Below, piece by piece: positions 29,964-40,734 of a stretch of 64,000 bases of DNA. The notes below the pieces were generated by a model. That model was given only the letters and a program-made list of their open reading frames with translations. It was not told the origin of the DNA and searched no databases. How positions within the stretch are numbered: the stretch's first letter is position 1; each line of letters opens with the position of its first letter. The stretch lies in NCBI GenBank assembly GCA_963753975.1, contig CAVWEH010000002.1:416001-480000 (forward strand), written 5' to 3'. Position numbers and translations under genes: made by a program. This DNA is from an uncultured delta proteobacterium. GTDB lineage: Bacteria; Desulfobacterota; Syntrophia; Syntrophales; Smithellaceae.

Positions 29964-31205
29964 ATGATTAATCCGGATAAATTTAAACAAATCACTCAAA
30001 GAATCGATTCCTACCGCGAGGCAATGATCGAACTGCAAATAGCTCTCAGCGCCGTTCCTGCCGTCGGGCCGGAAAACGGCGGCGAGGGCGAATTATTGAA
30101 GGCTAATCTACTGGAAAAACAGCTGCAGGAATTAGGCTTCAAAAATTTCCGGCATTATGATGCCCCGGATAAAAGCGTCCCCTCCGGCATCCGGCCGAAT
30201 TTCGTAACGACAATCGAAGGCAAAAATAAAACCCGCTTTGTCTGGATTATAACTCATCTGGATATAGTTCCTCCGGGAGAAATCAAGCTTTGGACAAGCG
30301 ATCCATATAAAGCTTACGTAAAAGACGGCTATATTTACGGCCGCGGCGTGGAAGACAATCAGCAGGATATGGTCGCCTCCATTTTTGCCGCCAAGGCAAT
30401 TTTGGATGAAGGAATCACATCGTCTAATTCCATCGGCCTGGCTTTTGTTGCCGACGAGGAAACATCCAGCAAAATGGGCGCCTGTTATATGTTGGATCGC
30501 GCCGATCAGCCGTTTCACCTCGCTGATTTAATTGTCGTTCCCGATTCCGGAAATCTTCAGGGAACATTAATTGAAGTCGCTGAAAAAAGCATGCTCTGGC
30601 TTTCTTTTAAAACAAAGGGGAAACAATGCCACGGCAGCAATCCGCAACTGGGCAATAACGCCTTTGTCGCGGCATCTTATCTGGTGACAAAACTGGCGGC
30701 ACTAAAAAAATCCTTTCCTCAGTCCGATCCGCTTTTCGATCCTCCCGCCAGCACCTTCGAACCGACGAAAAAAGAAGCCAATGTCGCGAACATCAATACG
30801 ATCCCCGGCGAAGATGTTTTTTACATGGACTGCCGCGTCCTTCCCGATTATCCGCTGGAGGACGTTATGGCGGCGATAAAAAAGACTATCGGCGGCATCG
30901 AAAAGAAATTCAAAGTACAAATCGAAATATCTCCCGTCCAATACCTGCAATCGCCAAAACCGACCTCTCCTATCGCTCCCGTCGTCCGGGCGCTCGCCGC
31001 AGCCATCCAGACTGTTTACGGAATAGAAGCTTTTGCCGGCGGAGTCGGCGCCGGAACCCTGGCCGCTTATTTTCGCCAGATGAATTTTCCAGTCGCTGTC
31101 TGGTCCAAAAACAACCAAACGGCTCATCAGCCGGATGAAAACTGCCTGATCGACAACATGATCGGCAATGCCAAAGTCTTTGCCCACTTGTTTTTGCAAG
31201 AGTGA
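29964..31205 (+). CDS. M20 family metallo-hydrolase (DapE/ArgE-like)
   Basis: THLDIVPPG, GRGVEDN, ADEE, AHQPDE. Confidence 0.9.
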   Translation: MINPDKFKQITQRIDSYREAMIELQIALSAVPAVGPENGGEGELLKANLLEKQLQELGFKNFRHYDAPDKSVPSGIRPNFVTTIEGKNKTRFVWIITHLDIVPPGEIKLWTSDPYKAYVKDGYIYGRGVEDNQQDMVASIFAAKAILDEGITSSNSIGLAFVADEETSSKMGACYMLDRADQPFHLADLIVVPDSGNLQGTLIEVAEKSMLWLSFKTKGKQCHGSNPQLGNNAFVAASYLVTKLAALKKSFPQSDPLFDPPASTFEPTKKEANVANINTIPGEDVFYMDCRVLPDYPLEDVMAAIKKTIGGIEKKFKVQIEISPVQYLQSPKPTSPIAPVVRALAAAIQTVYGIEAFAGGVGAGTLAAYFRQMNFPVAVWSKNNQTAHQPDENCLIDNMIGNAKVFAHLFLQE

Positions 31206-31298
31206 ATTGTGTTGCTTTGGATAAAGCTAAGTGATAGAAGCTCTCGCTTGATTTTAGGACAAAATAAGACGAATCGAAACAGGAGAGGTTGATAACTT

Positions 31299-32294
31299 TT
31301 GAAGCAAACAACTAAAAATGATTCCGTAGAGAAAATTTCTTTCGCCGATCACCATTTGCTGAAGAATCTCTGCGGCGAACATGATAAACATTTGAAATTC
31401 ATCGAGAATCTGGAACCAGTCCGGATAAGAGCCTGGGGAAATTGCATTTCCATTGAAGGCAATGAAGGCAACGTCCGCAAGATCAGCGCTCTCTTACAAC
31501 AGCTCTATTCGATAATGGAGAGGGGGTGGCAGATGCACACCTCCGATATCGATTACGCTCATCGCATTCTTTCCCAAGACGCAACCTTCGAATTAGCGCG
31601 GATATTTCTCGACACGGTTTTCATTTCTTCCAAAAAAAGGATAATTACGCCTAAAAGCATCGCGCAGAGTCTTTATATAGAATATATGAGAAAGTTCGAT
31701 ATGGTTTTCTCCATTGGGCCTGCTGGAACCGGTAAAACTTATCTGGCGATGGCCATGGCCGTATCTGCCTTACTGGAAAAGAAAGTCGAGCGTATAATTT
31801 TAGCGCGCCCCGCGGTGGAAGCAGGTGAGCGCTTGGGTTTTTTGCCGGGAGACCTGGCAGAAAAAGTTAACCCCTATCTTCGCCCCCTGTATGATGCACT
31901 CTACGATATGATGGACCTGGAAAGAGCGGGCACGCTGATCGATAAAGGATTGATTGAAGTCGCGCCTCTCGCTTTTATGCGCGGCAGGACTCTCAACGAT
32001 TCTTTTGTCATTTTGGATGAGGCGCAAAATACCACTTCCGAACAGATGAAAATGTTTCTAACGCGCCTCGGATTTGGCTCGCAAGCGGTAATTACCGGAG
32101 ATGTTACGCAGGTTGACCTGCCCCAGGAAAGAGTTTCCGGATTAATCGAAGCGGAATATATCTTAAAGAAAATCGGCCGCATCCGCTTTGTTCATTTCTC
32201 AGAAATTGACGTTGTCCGCCACCCGCTGGTTCAGGATGTCATCAAAGCCTACACCCGTTTGGACAAAGAAAGAAAAACCAACTCAAAAAAATAA
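31299..32294 (+). CDS. phoH: PhoH family ATPase
   Basis: GPAGTGKT, RPAVEAGERLGFLPG, MRGRTL, DEAQN. Confidence 0.95.
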   Translation: MKQTTKNDSVEKISFADHHLLKNLCGEHDKHLKFIENLEPVRIRAWGNCISIEGNEGNVRKISALLQQLYSIMERGWQMHTSDIDYAHRILSQDATFELARIFLDTVFISSKKRIITPKSIAQSLYIEYMRKFDMVFSIGPAGTGKTYLAMAMAVSALLEKKVERIILARPAVEAGERLGFLPGDLAEKVNPYLRPLYDALYDMMDLERAGTLIDKGLIEVAPLAFMRGRTLNDSFVILDEAQNTTSEQMKMFLTRLGFGSQAVITGDVTQVDLPQERVSGLIEAEYILKKIGRIRFVHFSEIDVVRHPLVQDVIKAYTRLDKERKTNSKK

Positions 32295-32298
32295 ATTT

Positions 32299-34653
32299 AT
32301 GAACTTTATCGACTCGGCTACAAGCAAAACGGCAACTATTTTCAAAAAACTACTGAAAAGGTATAACATCCCTTATGGTTTTTTGAAAAACAGCACTTTC
32401 CAAAGGTGGGCTAACGGTATCATTCTTTGCCTAATTTTAGCATTGATCCTGGCGCCGGAAATTCATTTTTCGGCACCGAAATTCAGAGAGGGAATGATCG
32501 TAACCAATGATATCAAAGCCGATCGTGACTTCCTCGTCGAAGATCAAAAATCGACCGAAGATAAAAAAAATGATGCTGCGGAAAACGTCATACCTGTCTA
32601 TGACTACGATGGAAAAGTTGCCGGCAATATCCGGGCAAAGTTAACCAAAGCGCTGATATCCGCCGCGGAAGATTACAAAAGTGCCCTCAAGGAAAAACCG
32701 CCGGAAGCAAGCCTCGCTGATATAAGTAAATCGCAAAGAGGCAAAAAGAGTTTGGAAGCGAATTTAGGCATTCCTTTAAGTGCGGAAGAATTTTATATTT
32801 TCAAGGAACTCAAATTTTCTCCCGAACTACAGCAAAATCTTTCCCGCGTAATTTCTTTTTTCTATGAAAGAAAATACTTAACCAACAGTGTTTTCAGCAA
32901 ACAAGAAAAGGAAAAAGGCATTATCGTCAGAAATATAAGTACTCAAACGGAACAAAAAATCAAAGATGTTTCCAAAATTTCAAACACCCAGGAAATAGAT
33001 GCAAAGCTTCTCCAAAGAGTGAATGCCTTTTTTAGCGATGATGACTATTCTACAAAAAGAGCAATATTTTCATTGGCCAAAAAATTGATCGAGCCGAATC
33101 TTACCTTTAACAAAGAAACTACGGAAAAGAAAAAACTTGCCGCCATGGAAGAAGTAAAGCCGGTGCTTTTCCAGGTGCAAAAAAATGAAATGATTGTACG
33201 GGAAGGAGAAAAAATCGGCTACCCCGAACTAATCAAATTAGAAGCCTTTTTTAAATCCACGGGAGACAATAAATTTTCCAGTTTTGCGGTGCTTACGGGA
33301 ATTTTCCTGACGGCTCTCTTTCTTTCTTTAGTTTTGTATTTTTGGCGCACCAGAAACTGGCTTAAACCTTCAAGACGCTCCAATGTCGATTTGTTTGTTT
33401 TTAGCCTTATTGTCCTGGCGCAAATATTGTTTATCAAGACAGGAATCTTCATTGCGCTTGCTATCAACAAATCCTTCCCGTCTATATCAACCGATGCGTG
33501 TTATTTTGCCATCCCTTTTGCCTGGGGAGCAATGATTATAGCCGTTTTGATCAACAGAAACGTGGCTATGATTCTCAGTGTCTTTATTTCTTTCTTGGTT
33601 GCTTTTCTTTTTGATGAAAAAATTACTTTCCCCCTTTTCTGTTTTTTAGGCTCGGTTGCCGCGTCTTATAATATTGTCGGCAGCCAGCAGCGCTCGGCCT
33701 TTTTAAGGATCGGTGTATTTTTGGGAATTATAAATATGGCCGCTATCGTTTGCCTGAATTCTCTGGCGGGAAATTTATTTAATGATTTATTGCTGCGCCT
33801 CACAATGGGATTCGCCGGAGGGATTCTCACCGCCGTGCTCGTTGCGGGAATCAGCCCTGTTTTTGAAAGTTTGTTCGGTTTCATAACCGATATCAGGCTT
33901 CTGGAACTGGCCAATCTCAATCACCCTCTTTTTCAAAGGATGATCATCGAAGCTCCGGGAACTTATCATCACAGCATTATCGTGGCCTCGCTGGTGGAAG
34001 CGGCCGGGGAAGCTATCGGCGCAAATTCTCTCCTGGCTAAAGTCAGCGCTTATTATCATGATATCGGCAAACTTGCCAAACCACAATACTTCATCGAAAA
34101 TCAGCCGAATAACGAAAACAGGCATGACAAGCTGTCGCCTAAAATGAGCAGTCTGATTATAATTTCCCACGTCAAGGACGGCTGTGAATTGGCCTCCGAG
34201 GTCAAGGTGGGACAGCAAATTATCAACATTATTCGAGAACATCACGGCACAAGTATAGTCAGTTTCTTTTACGATAAGGCTAAAAAAGATAAAGACGAAT
34301 CGATACGTTCTTTGTCGGAGAGCGATTTCCGTTATCCGGGCCCGAAGCCGCAAACAAAGGAATCGGGCCTTGTCATGCTGGGAGATGTTATTGAAGCTTC
34401 ATCACGCACTCTTCACGATCCGACGCCGGCAAGAATCCGTTCACTCGTGCGCGAAAGAATCGAGCGCCTCTATATGGACGGACAGCTTGATGAATGTGAG
34501 CTGACTTTAAAAAATCTCAATACGATAGCGGAAACATTCACTCAAATTCTAACCGGAATTTTCCACCATCGCGTCGATTACCCCGAGCACCCCAATAAAG
34601 AAGTAACCGGCAAAAAAGAAATCAATGGCCATACAGATTCAAAGCAATCATAA
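32299..34653 (+). CDS. 7TM-HD family phosphohydrolase (PgpH-like)
   Basis: Extracytoplasmic domain, TM block, APGTYHHS, YYHDIGK, HHGTS, FRYPGPKP; between phoH and ybeY. Confidence 0.9.
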   Translation: MNFIDSATSKTATIFKKLLKRYNIPYGFLKNSTFQRWANGIILCLILALILAPEIHFSAPKFREGMIVTNDIKADRDFLVEDQKSTEDKKNDAAENVIPVYDYDGKVAGNIRAKLTKALISAAEDYKSALKEKPPEASLADISKSQRGKKSLEANLGIPLSAEEFYIFKELKFSPELQQNLSRVISFFYERKYLTNSVFSKQEKEKGIIVRNISTQTEQKIKDVSKISNTQEIDAKLLQRVNAFFSDDDYSTKRAIFSLAKKLIEPNLTFNKETTEKKKLAAMEEVKPVLFQVQKNEMIVREGEKIGYPELIKLEAFFKSTGDNKFSSFAVLTGIFLTALFLSLVLYFWRTRNWLKPSRRSNVDLFVFSLIVLAQILFIKTGIFIALAINKSFPSISTDACYFAIPFAWGAMIIAVLINRNVAMILSVFISFLVAFLFDEKITFPLFCFLGSVAASYNIVGSQQRSAFLRIGVFLGIINMAAIVCLNSLAGNLFNDLLLRLTMGFAGGILTAVLVAGISPVFESLFGFITDIRLLELANLNHPLFQRMIIEAPGTYHHSIIVASLVEAAGEAIGANSLLAKVSAYYHDIGKLAKPQYFIENQPNNENRHDKLSPKMSSLIIISHVKDGCELASEVKVGQQIINIIREHHGTSIVSFFYDKAKKDKDESIRSLSESDFRYPGPKPQTKESGLVMLGDVIEASSRTLHDPTPARIRSLVRERIERLYMDGQLDECELTLKNLNTIAETFTQILTGIFHHRVDYPEHPNKEVTGKKEINGHTDSKQS

Positions 34654-35089
34654 TAAGATCAGGATAAACACGCGTAAGCTTCGCCCGGTGATCTCAAAAA
34701 TCATGAAGATTCTTGATTGCGCGGACAAGGAAATCAGCATTAATTTTGTCGACGACGCAAAAATAAAGCAACTAAACAAACAATATCTGGGTAGAGACAA
34801 GGCCACCAACGTTCTTTCTTTTTCTTTGCGGGAAGATGAATACGGCGACATCAATCCCCAAATTTTAGGCGACATTGTTATTTCCGTCGAGACTGCTCAA
34901 AAAGACGCCGCCTACGGTAATCTTACAGTCGATCAGGAAATAGATTTTCTCATTATCCACGGCCTGTTACATTTATTGGGCTATGATCATGAAAATACGA
35001 CTAAAAAAGAAACAAACAAAATGCGCAAAAAAGAAAAAGAATTGTTTAATATCGTTTGCGGTGGCAGCGAGATAAAGCTAATTCGATAA
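34625..35089 (+). CDS. ybeY: rRNA maturation endoribonuclease YbeY
   Basis: IHGLLHLLGYDH motif. Confidence 0.95.
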   Translation: MAIQIQSNHNKIRINTRKLRPVISKIMKILDCADKEISINFVDDAKIKQLNKQYLGRDKATNVLSFSLREDEYGDINPQILGDIVISVETAQKDAAYGNLTVDQEIDFLIIHGLLHLLGYDHENTTKKETNKMRKKEKELFNIVCGGSEIKLIR

Positions 35090-35239
35090 AGCTTCCCGCC
35101 TGCCAGCGTCCTTCTTCCCTTGACAGGTATTTTTATTTTTCTTATACATATCGTGATCCAAAGCGAGTTATGGTTACTAAAAATATACATTAAGTTATGA
35201 AGCTTAAAAAATTTGACAACCTACCGGAGGTAACAAACG

Positions 35240-35992
35240 ATGGAATTATCTTTAAAGAATAAAGTTGTTCTGCTCACCGGCGCAAGCCGTGGAATCGGCC
35301 AGGCGGCGGCACTAGGTTTAGCCAAGGCCGGTGCCGATCTGGCCATAGCCAGCCGCAAACTTCCCGACCTGGAAAAAGTAGCGGCAGAAATAAAAAAATT
35401 AGGGAGGAAATGCGTGCCGATAGCCACCCATGTCGGCAGGTTAGAAGAAATAAACTCTCTGGTGAAGAGAGCTCTGGACGAGTTCGGAAGAATCGACGTC
35501 CTGGTAAATAATGCCGCCACAAATCCCTCCATGGCTTCGGCAATCGACGTAGACGAGCGCGCCTGGGATTCGATTATGAACCTGAACCTCAAGGGCTTGT
35601 TTTTCTTGAGTCAGGCAGTGGCCAGAATAATGAAGGAAAAAGGCGGAGGTAAAATTATCAACATTGCTTCTATCGCCGGGATTTCTCCCGATATATTGGC
35701 CGTTTACTCTATAAGCAAGGCAGGGGTAATCATGGCCACAAAGGTAATGGCCCAACAATGGGGTCAATATAATATCCGGGTTAACACCGTCGCCCCGGGC
35801 TTGACGAAAACCAAATTCAGCGAGGCGCTTTGGGGAAATCCCGACATTCTTAACATAGCGATGAGCAGGACTCCTTTGGCACGACCGGCAGAACCAGAGG
35901 AGATGGTCGGGGCCATTCTTTTTCTGGCTTCCGACGCTTCCAGTTATGTGACCGGACAGGTTCTTGCCGTAGACGGCGGGACAACCATATAA
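35240..35992 (+). CDS. SDR family oxidoreductase
   Basis: TGASRGIG, NNAATNP, YSISK. Confidence 0.93.
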   Translation: MELSLKNKVVLLTGASRGIGQAAALGLAKAGADLAIASRKLPDLEKVAAEIKKLGRKCVPIATHVGRLEEINSLVKRALDEFGRIDVLVNNAATNPSMASAIDVDERAWDSIMNLNLKGLFFLSQAVARIMKEKGGGKIINIASIAGISPDILAVYSISKAGVIMATKVMAQQWGQYNIRVNTVAPGLTKTKFSEALWGNPDILNIAMSRTPLARPAEPEEMVGAILFLASDASSYVTGQVLAVDGGTTI

Positions 35993-36152
35993 AACCGACG
36001 TGGAGGATTGGCCGGCCCCGCACCGACCCTCTCTCGGTTTTATCCGGATGACGGAAAAAAATAATCTGAACGCCGTTGCCGGCACATTTCCACTTACAAT
36101 TTTTTTTTGAAAAAAGGCTTGAAGTAAAATTGCCGATAAAGTATAATGTAAT

Positions 36153-36768
36153 CATGCAAAATGACTCGATCATATATGGCGGAAGTTTACCTCTGCGAAT
36201 CGTTATTACGGCTCTAGCTATCTTAACGCTTACAACGACAGAAGTTATTTATGCCGATATTTACAAGTACGTCGATAGTGAAGGCGTTTTACATTTAACT
36301 AACGTGCCTTCAATTCCTAATGCTAAGTATGTGCTGATTCTCCGAGAAAAACGGGTTCTTTTTCAGTCGGACATTGACGTCAACAAATTCGATTATATAA
36401 TTTCAAACGCTGCCAGAAAATTTAGAATTGACCCGGCCTTAATTAAAGCAATAATCAAGGCGGAATCCAACTTTAATCATGAAGCCATTTCACCTACGGG
36501 AGCGCAGGGTTTAATGCAATTAATGCCTGCAACGGCATACGCTCTTCAGATTGAAGATGTTTTTCACCCTGAAAATAATATTGAAGGCGGTGCTCGTTAT
36601 CTGCGGTATCTTCTTAATACTTATAGGGGTGATTTGAAGCTTACTCTTGCCGCTTACAATGCCGGCGAAAGAGCTATTGCTAAATATAACAATCACGTCC
36701 CCCCTTACAGGGAAACACAAAATTACATCAAGCGCGTTTTGAGTTACTATGAGTCATTCAAACAATAA
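36153..36768 (+). CDS. Lytic transglycosylase (SLT domain)
   Basis: IKAESNFN, GAQGLMQLMP, AAYNAG, ETQNY; start uncertain. Confidence 0.9.
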
Positions 36769-36770
36769 GT

Positions 36771-37334
36771 TTATCCCCTCTTTTCTTCGACATATAAATA
36801 TTTTCTCAACTTAGACAACTTTTTTTCTTTAATTCCTTTAATCTCCATTAATTGCTCAATATTTAGAAACCGGCCTAACGTGCGCCGAAGGTCCAATATT
36901 TGTTTTGCCGTTACTTCGCCAATCCCGTTTATCAGTAGCAAATCTTCTTCCCCAACTTTATTAATATCAAGGCGCATTCCTAAGGCAAGCCTTTTGTCGG
37001 TTTCCATTTCCGTCACTGTAATATTATTCTTTTCGGCGGCGGAGCCGATCGTTATTTTCATCCCGTCAACAAGCTGAAAATCTGGAGACGAAAATTCTGC
37101 GATACCAGCGGTTTTCAGAAACTCACTGGCGGAGGTTTCAGGACTAACGAAATAAATTCCTTTGGTCTCGTCATTTTGCACAACTTCTACTGCCAGCGAA
37201 TTACCCAATTGATCCGTAAAAAGAGGAGTTTTATGGCTGATGAATGAATTGTAAAGAAAACTAAGAAAGGGAATAATCGCCAAAGTTAAGCAAAAAGCGA
37301 CTAGCCCCTTTATTTGATTTTCGGAAATAATCAT
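36771..37334 (-). CDS. ComEA-like helix-hairpin-helix protein
   Basis: N-terminal TM; LDINKV, INGIGEVTA, IKGIKEK HhH motifs. Confidence 0.8.
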   Translation of the reverse strand: MIISENQIKGLVAFCLTLAIIPFLSFLYNSFISHKTPLFTDQLGNSLAVEVVQNDETKGIYFVSPETSASEFLKTAGIAEFSSPDFQLVDGMKITIGSAAEKNNITVTEMETDKRLALGMRLDINKVGEEDLLLINGIGEVTAKQILDLRRTLGRFLNIEQLMEIKGIKEKKLSKLRKYLYVEEKRG

Positions 37335-37338
37335 TGAA

Positions 37339-38560
37339 TTATTTTTTCTTTTCCAGTCCGAAAGCATCATGAAGGACCATTACGGCAAGCTCCGTATACT
37401 TTCTTTGGATAACACAGGAAATTTTAATTTCCGACGTGCTGATCATCATAATATTGACGCTTTCATTCGCTAGTGTGGTAAACATTTTCGCCGCTACACC
37501 GGAATGACTGGCCATCCCTACACCGATTATGGATACTTTGGCTACCTGATCATCAACTTCGACTTTTTTCGCCCCTACCGATTTAGCTGCATTTTCGACT
37601 ATCTTTTGCGCATCCTTCAAATCTTTCTTGGATACCGTAAAGGTAAGATCGGTAAATCCTTCCAGGCTGGCGTTTTGAATAATCATATCGACGATGATAT
37701 TTTTATCCGACAAAGGCGTAAATAAAGCGGCTGCTACGCCCGGTTGATCCGGAACATGAACCACCGTAATTTTAGCTTGATCACGATCATAAGTTATACC
37801 TGAAACTATTTCTCTTTCCATATCCTTATCCTCCTTAGTCACAAGCGTTCCTCCTTCATCCGAAAACGTTGATTTTACGTAAACAGGAACATCATATTTC
37901 TTGGCCATCTCTACGGAACGGGGCTGTAAAACCTTCGCGCCCGTTATGGCTATTTCCAACATTTCATCGTATGATATTTTAGTCGAGTCTCCGCGCCTTA
38001 TTGCAGATATTGGGATCTGTTGTATAGACGCCGTCCACATCGGTATAAATGTCGCATTGATCTGCGTTCAAAGCGGCAGCAAGAGCTACCGCACTTGTGT
38101 CGGAACCGCCGCGCCCGAGAGTTGTAATATTATTGTCTTTGTCCACACCCTGAAAACCGGCAACAACAACAATATTTCCCCGCTTTAGTTCCTTCTTAAT
38201 TTCTTCCGTATCAATAGACACAATGCGGGCTTTTTTATAGGCCTTGTCGGTTATTATTTTAACCTGAAATCCCAAGAATGATCTTGCGCTGTAACCCAGG
38301 GAATTTAAAACAATGGCCAGCAGGGTTACTGTAACTTGCTCACCCGTTGATATTAAGGAGTCATACTCCCTTTCATCAGGCGATTCAGCAGCCTTATGAG
38401 CCAGGGCGATGAGCCTGTCGGTTTCCCCGGCCATCGCCGATAAAACCACGACTATTTCATTACCCGCTTTTTTTCCCTGAATCACTTTTTGCGCTACATT
38501 TTTTATTTTATCGATATCTGCGACCGATGTCCCGCCGAATTTCTGAACAATTAAAGCCAT
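37339..38560 (-). CDS. lysC: Aspartate kinase; 1-bp frameshift near 37981
   Basis: [25 protein letters not shown]-terminal ACT domains (STSEIKIS). Confidence 0.93.
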
Positions 38561-39051
38561 TTTCGACTCGCCTCCATTTCCATATCTATTGCCAATTCTT
38601 TCAATCTGCTTTTCAAACCCTGGATCTTAATATTACGGATATTTTCATCAACATATTCAAAGCTCACAAAAAAAGTATCAACCGGAAGAACTGGAGCTAT
38701 TTTTTCCGCCCACTCGATGACAACAACACCGTTTCTGGAAAAATACTCTTCATAACCTAAATCTTCGAACTCGGAATATCCATGTAGCCGATAAACATCG
38801 AAGTGGTAAAGATCGCATCTGGCCGGATATTCATTAATCAAAGTAAATGTCGGGCTGGTAATTTGATAGCTTTCGCTTACTCCCAGACCACGGGCAATTC
38901 CTGCGGTAAAACAGGTTTTCCCCGAACCAAGTTCACCGGATAGAGCCAGAATATCGCCTTCCCTTAATTTGTCGCCAAGAAGACGCGCTATTTCCATAGT
39001 TTGTTTTGCGCCGTGAGATATTATTTCAATTGTTGCTTTTTCCCTGTTCAT
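38551..39051 (-). CDS. tsaE: tRNA threonylcarbamoyladenosine biosynthesis ATPase
   Basis: [25 protein letters not shown]. Confidence 0.95.
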   Translation of the reverse strand: MNREKATIEIISHGAKQTMEIARLLGDKLREGDILALSGELGSGKTCFTAGIARGLGVSESYQITSPTFTLINEYPARCDLYHFDVYRLHGYSEFEDLGYEEYFSRNGVVVIEWAEKIAPVLPVDTFFVSFEYVDENIRNIKIQGLKSRLKELAIDMEMEASRKWL

Positions 39052-39074
39052 TTAAAATGACAGTAATCCGGCAT

Positions 39075-39458
39075 TTATTTTTTTTCCAGTACAACGAAAG
39101 CAGTAGCGTATTTTTTTGTATGTGTCAAACTCAAGTGAATCTTTGTTATTTTCTTTTTTTCCATTTGATCTTTCGCTCCGCCCCATAAAACAAGATCAGG
39201 TTTTCCCTTTTCGTCATGTACCACCTCTATTTCTCTTAACTTTGCGCCCATACCCAAACCAAGCCCTAAAGCTTTTAAAAAAGATTCTTTGGCTGCAAAT
39301 CTTGCCGCATAATGCACTGACGATTGACTATGCCTGGCACAATATTCAACTTCTCTATCGGAAAAGACTCTTTGCAAAAATTTTTGACCCCATTTTCCAA
39401 TGATCTTTTCCATACGGCAGTTTTCCACTAAATCTATGCCAATTCCATAAACCATCAT
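39075..39458 (-). CDS. acpS: Holo-ACP synthase
   Basis: GIGIDLVE, AARFAAKESFLKA, SLTHT; start approximate. Confidence 0.93.
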   Translation of the reverse strand: MMVYGIGIDLVENCRMEKIIGKWGQKFLQRVFSDREVEYCARHSQSSVHYAARFAAKESFLKALGLGLGMGAKLREIEVVHDEKGKPDLVLWGGAKDQMEKKKITKIHLSLTHTKKYATAFVVLEKK

Positions 39459-39465
39459 ATTCCCT

Positions 39466-40659
39466 TTATGCGTGAACAATCGCATCAGTGATTACGGCAA
39501 CTCTTTTCATTGCGGCAACATCATGCACCCGGACAATATGGCACCCATTCATTATTGCCGCGGCAACGGTCGCCGCTGTTCCTTCCGATCTTTGCCGCGG
39601 TTCGCCACCGGTTAGTTTCGCGATAAAAGATTTCCTTGAGGTTCCAATCATCACCGGCATGCCTAAAATCTTTAATGCGGAAAGGTTCTTGATAATTTTA
39701 TAATTGTCCTCCGCTGTTTTTCCAAAGCCAATTCCCGGATCGATGACCAGATGATCCTTTTCTATACCCGCCTTTACGGCTTTTTCACTGCTTTTTTTAA
39801 GATAAGCTATAATTTCCCCCATTAAATCGGCGTATGCTAAATTGCCTTTTTGCATATTTTGCGGCGTTCCCCGCATATGCATAAGAACGAGAGCGGCTCC
39901 GGTCTCTTTGATGACTACAGCCATTTTTTTATCGCCGTTGAGCGCGCTTATATCGTTAACTATTTCTGCTCCTGCGGCAGCCGCCACTCTCGCGACCTCA
40001 GCTTTTTTTGTATCAACGGAGATGGGAACTTTTAGCTGTTTTGCCAGGCTCTCAATTACCGGGAGGACTCTTTTCAATTCAGCTGCGGCTGAAACAGATT
40101 TAGCCCCCGGACGCGTCGATTCTCCCCCGATATCGATAATATCCGCGCCTTCGGCCGCCATTTGTAATCCATGTTCAATTGCTTTTTGCTGAGAGTAAAA
40201 AAGCCCGCCATCGGAAAACGAATCTGGCGTAACATTCAAGATGCCCATAATCAGGGTTTTATGGCCTAAAGTAAGTTTGCCGCGGGATGTTTTCCAGATG
40301 TATTCGTTTCTGCCGATATTGACCAATATTTCGGATATGTCGCGAGCAATTAAACTTAACCCGAAAGGCTGTTTCTCGATTTTATTTGCCAGTGCCAAGA
40401 TCTGTTTTAGTGTGCCCATAATCAAAATATCGCTTGCGGGAATACTGCACGACACGCTTCCCCGGGCAACGGCGGCATCTCCGCCAATCGACAACATCTC
40501 TTGCTTGATGATATTAGCTATTTTACAGGGTTGGTTTTCAATTAAGATATTGACGTTTATTGTCTTTGCCGCCATGGCGTCAACGCCATGGGGATCGACG
40601 CCGATTTTTCTGAATATTGCGAGAGCTTCTTCCAGGTTCTTTATTTTAATTAATTTCAC
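39466..40659 (-). CDS. folP: Dihydropteroate synthase with N-terminal extension
   Basis: MGILNVTPDSFSDGG, GGESTRPG, DPGIGFGK, SRKS, RVHDV. Confidence 0.95.
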   Translation of the reverse strand: MKLIKIKNLEEALAIFRKIGVDPHGVDAMAAKTINVNILIENQPCKIANIIKQEMLSIGGDAAVARGSVSCSIPASDILIMGTLKQILALANKIEKQPFGLSLIARDISEILVNIGRNEYIWKTSRGKLTLGHKTLIMGILNVTPDSFSDGGLFYSQQKAIEHGLQMAAEGADIIDIGGESTRPGAKSVSAAAELKRVLPVIESLAKQLKVPISVDTKKAEVARVAAAAGAEIVNDISALNGDKKMAVVIKETGAALVLMHMRGTPQNMQKGNLAYADLMGEIIAYLKKSSEKAVKAGIEKDHLVIDPGIGFGKTAEDNYKIIKNLSALKILGMPVMIGTSRKSFIAKLTGGEPRQRSEGTAATVAAAIMNGCHIVRVHDVAAMKRVAVITDAIVHA

Positions 40660-40734
40660 AGGATCGTACCGCTCGCAAATTAAAAGTAAATATTTCTTTC
40701 GGACAAGTCACAAAGGATATGATCGAGACAATAT

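Noticed and set aside
40241..40659. N-terminal extension of FolP as a novel domain
   Set aside because: Similar extended FolP proteins are, to my knowledge, common in anaerobic bacteria
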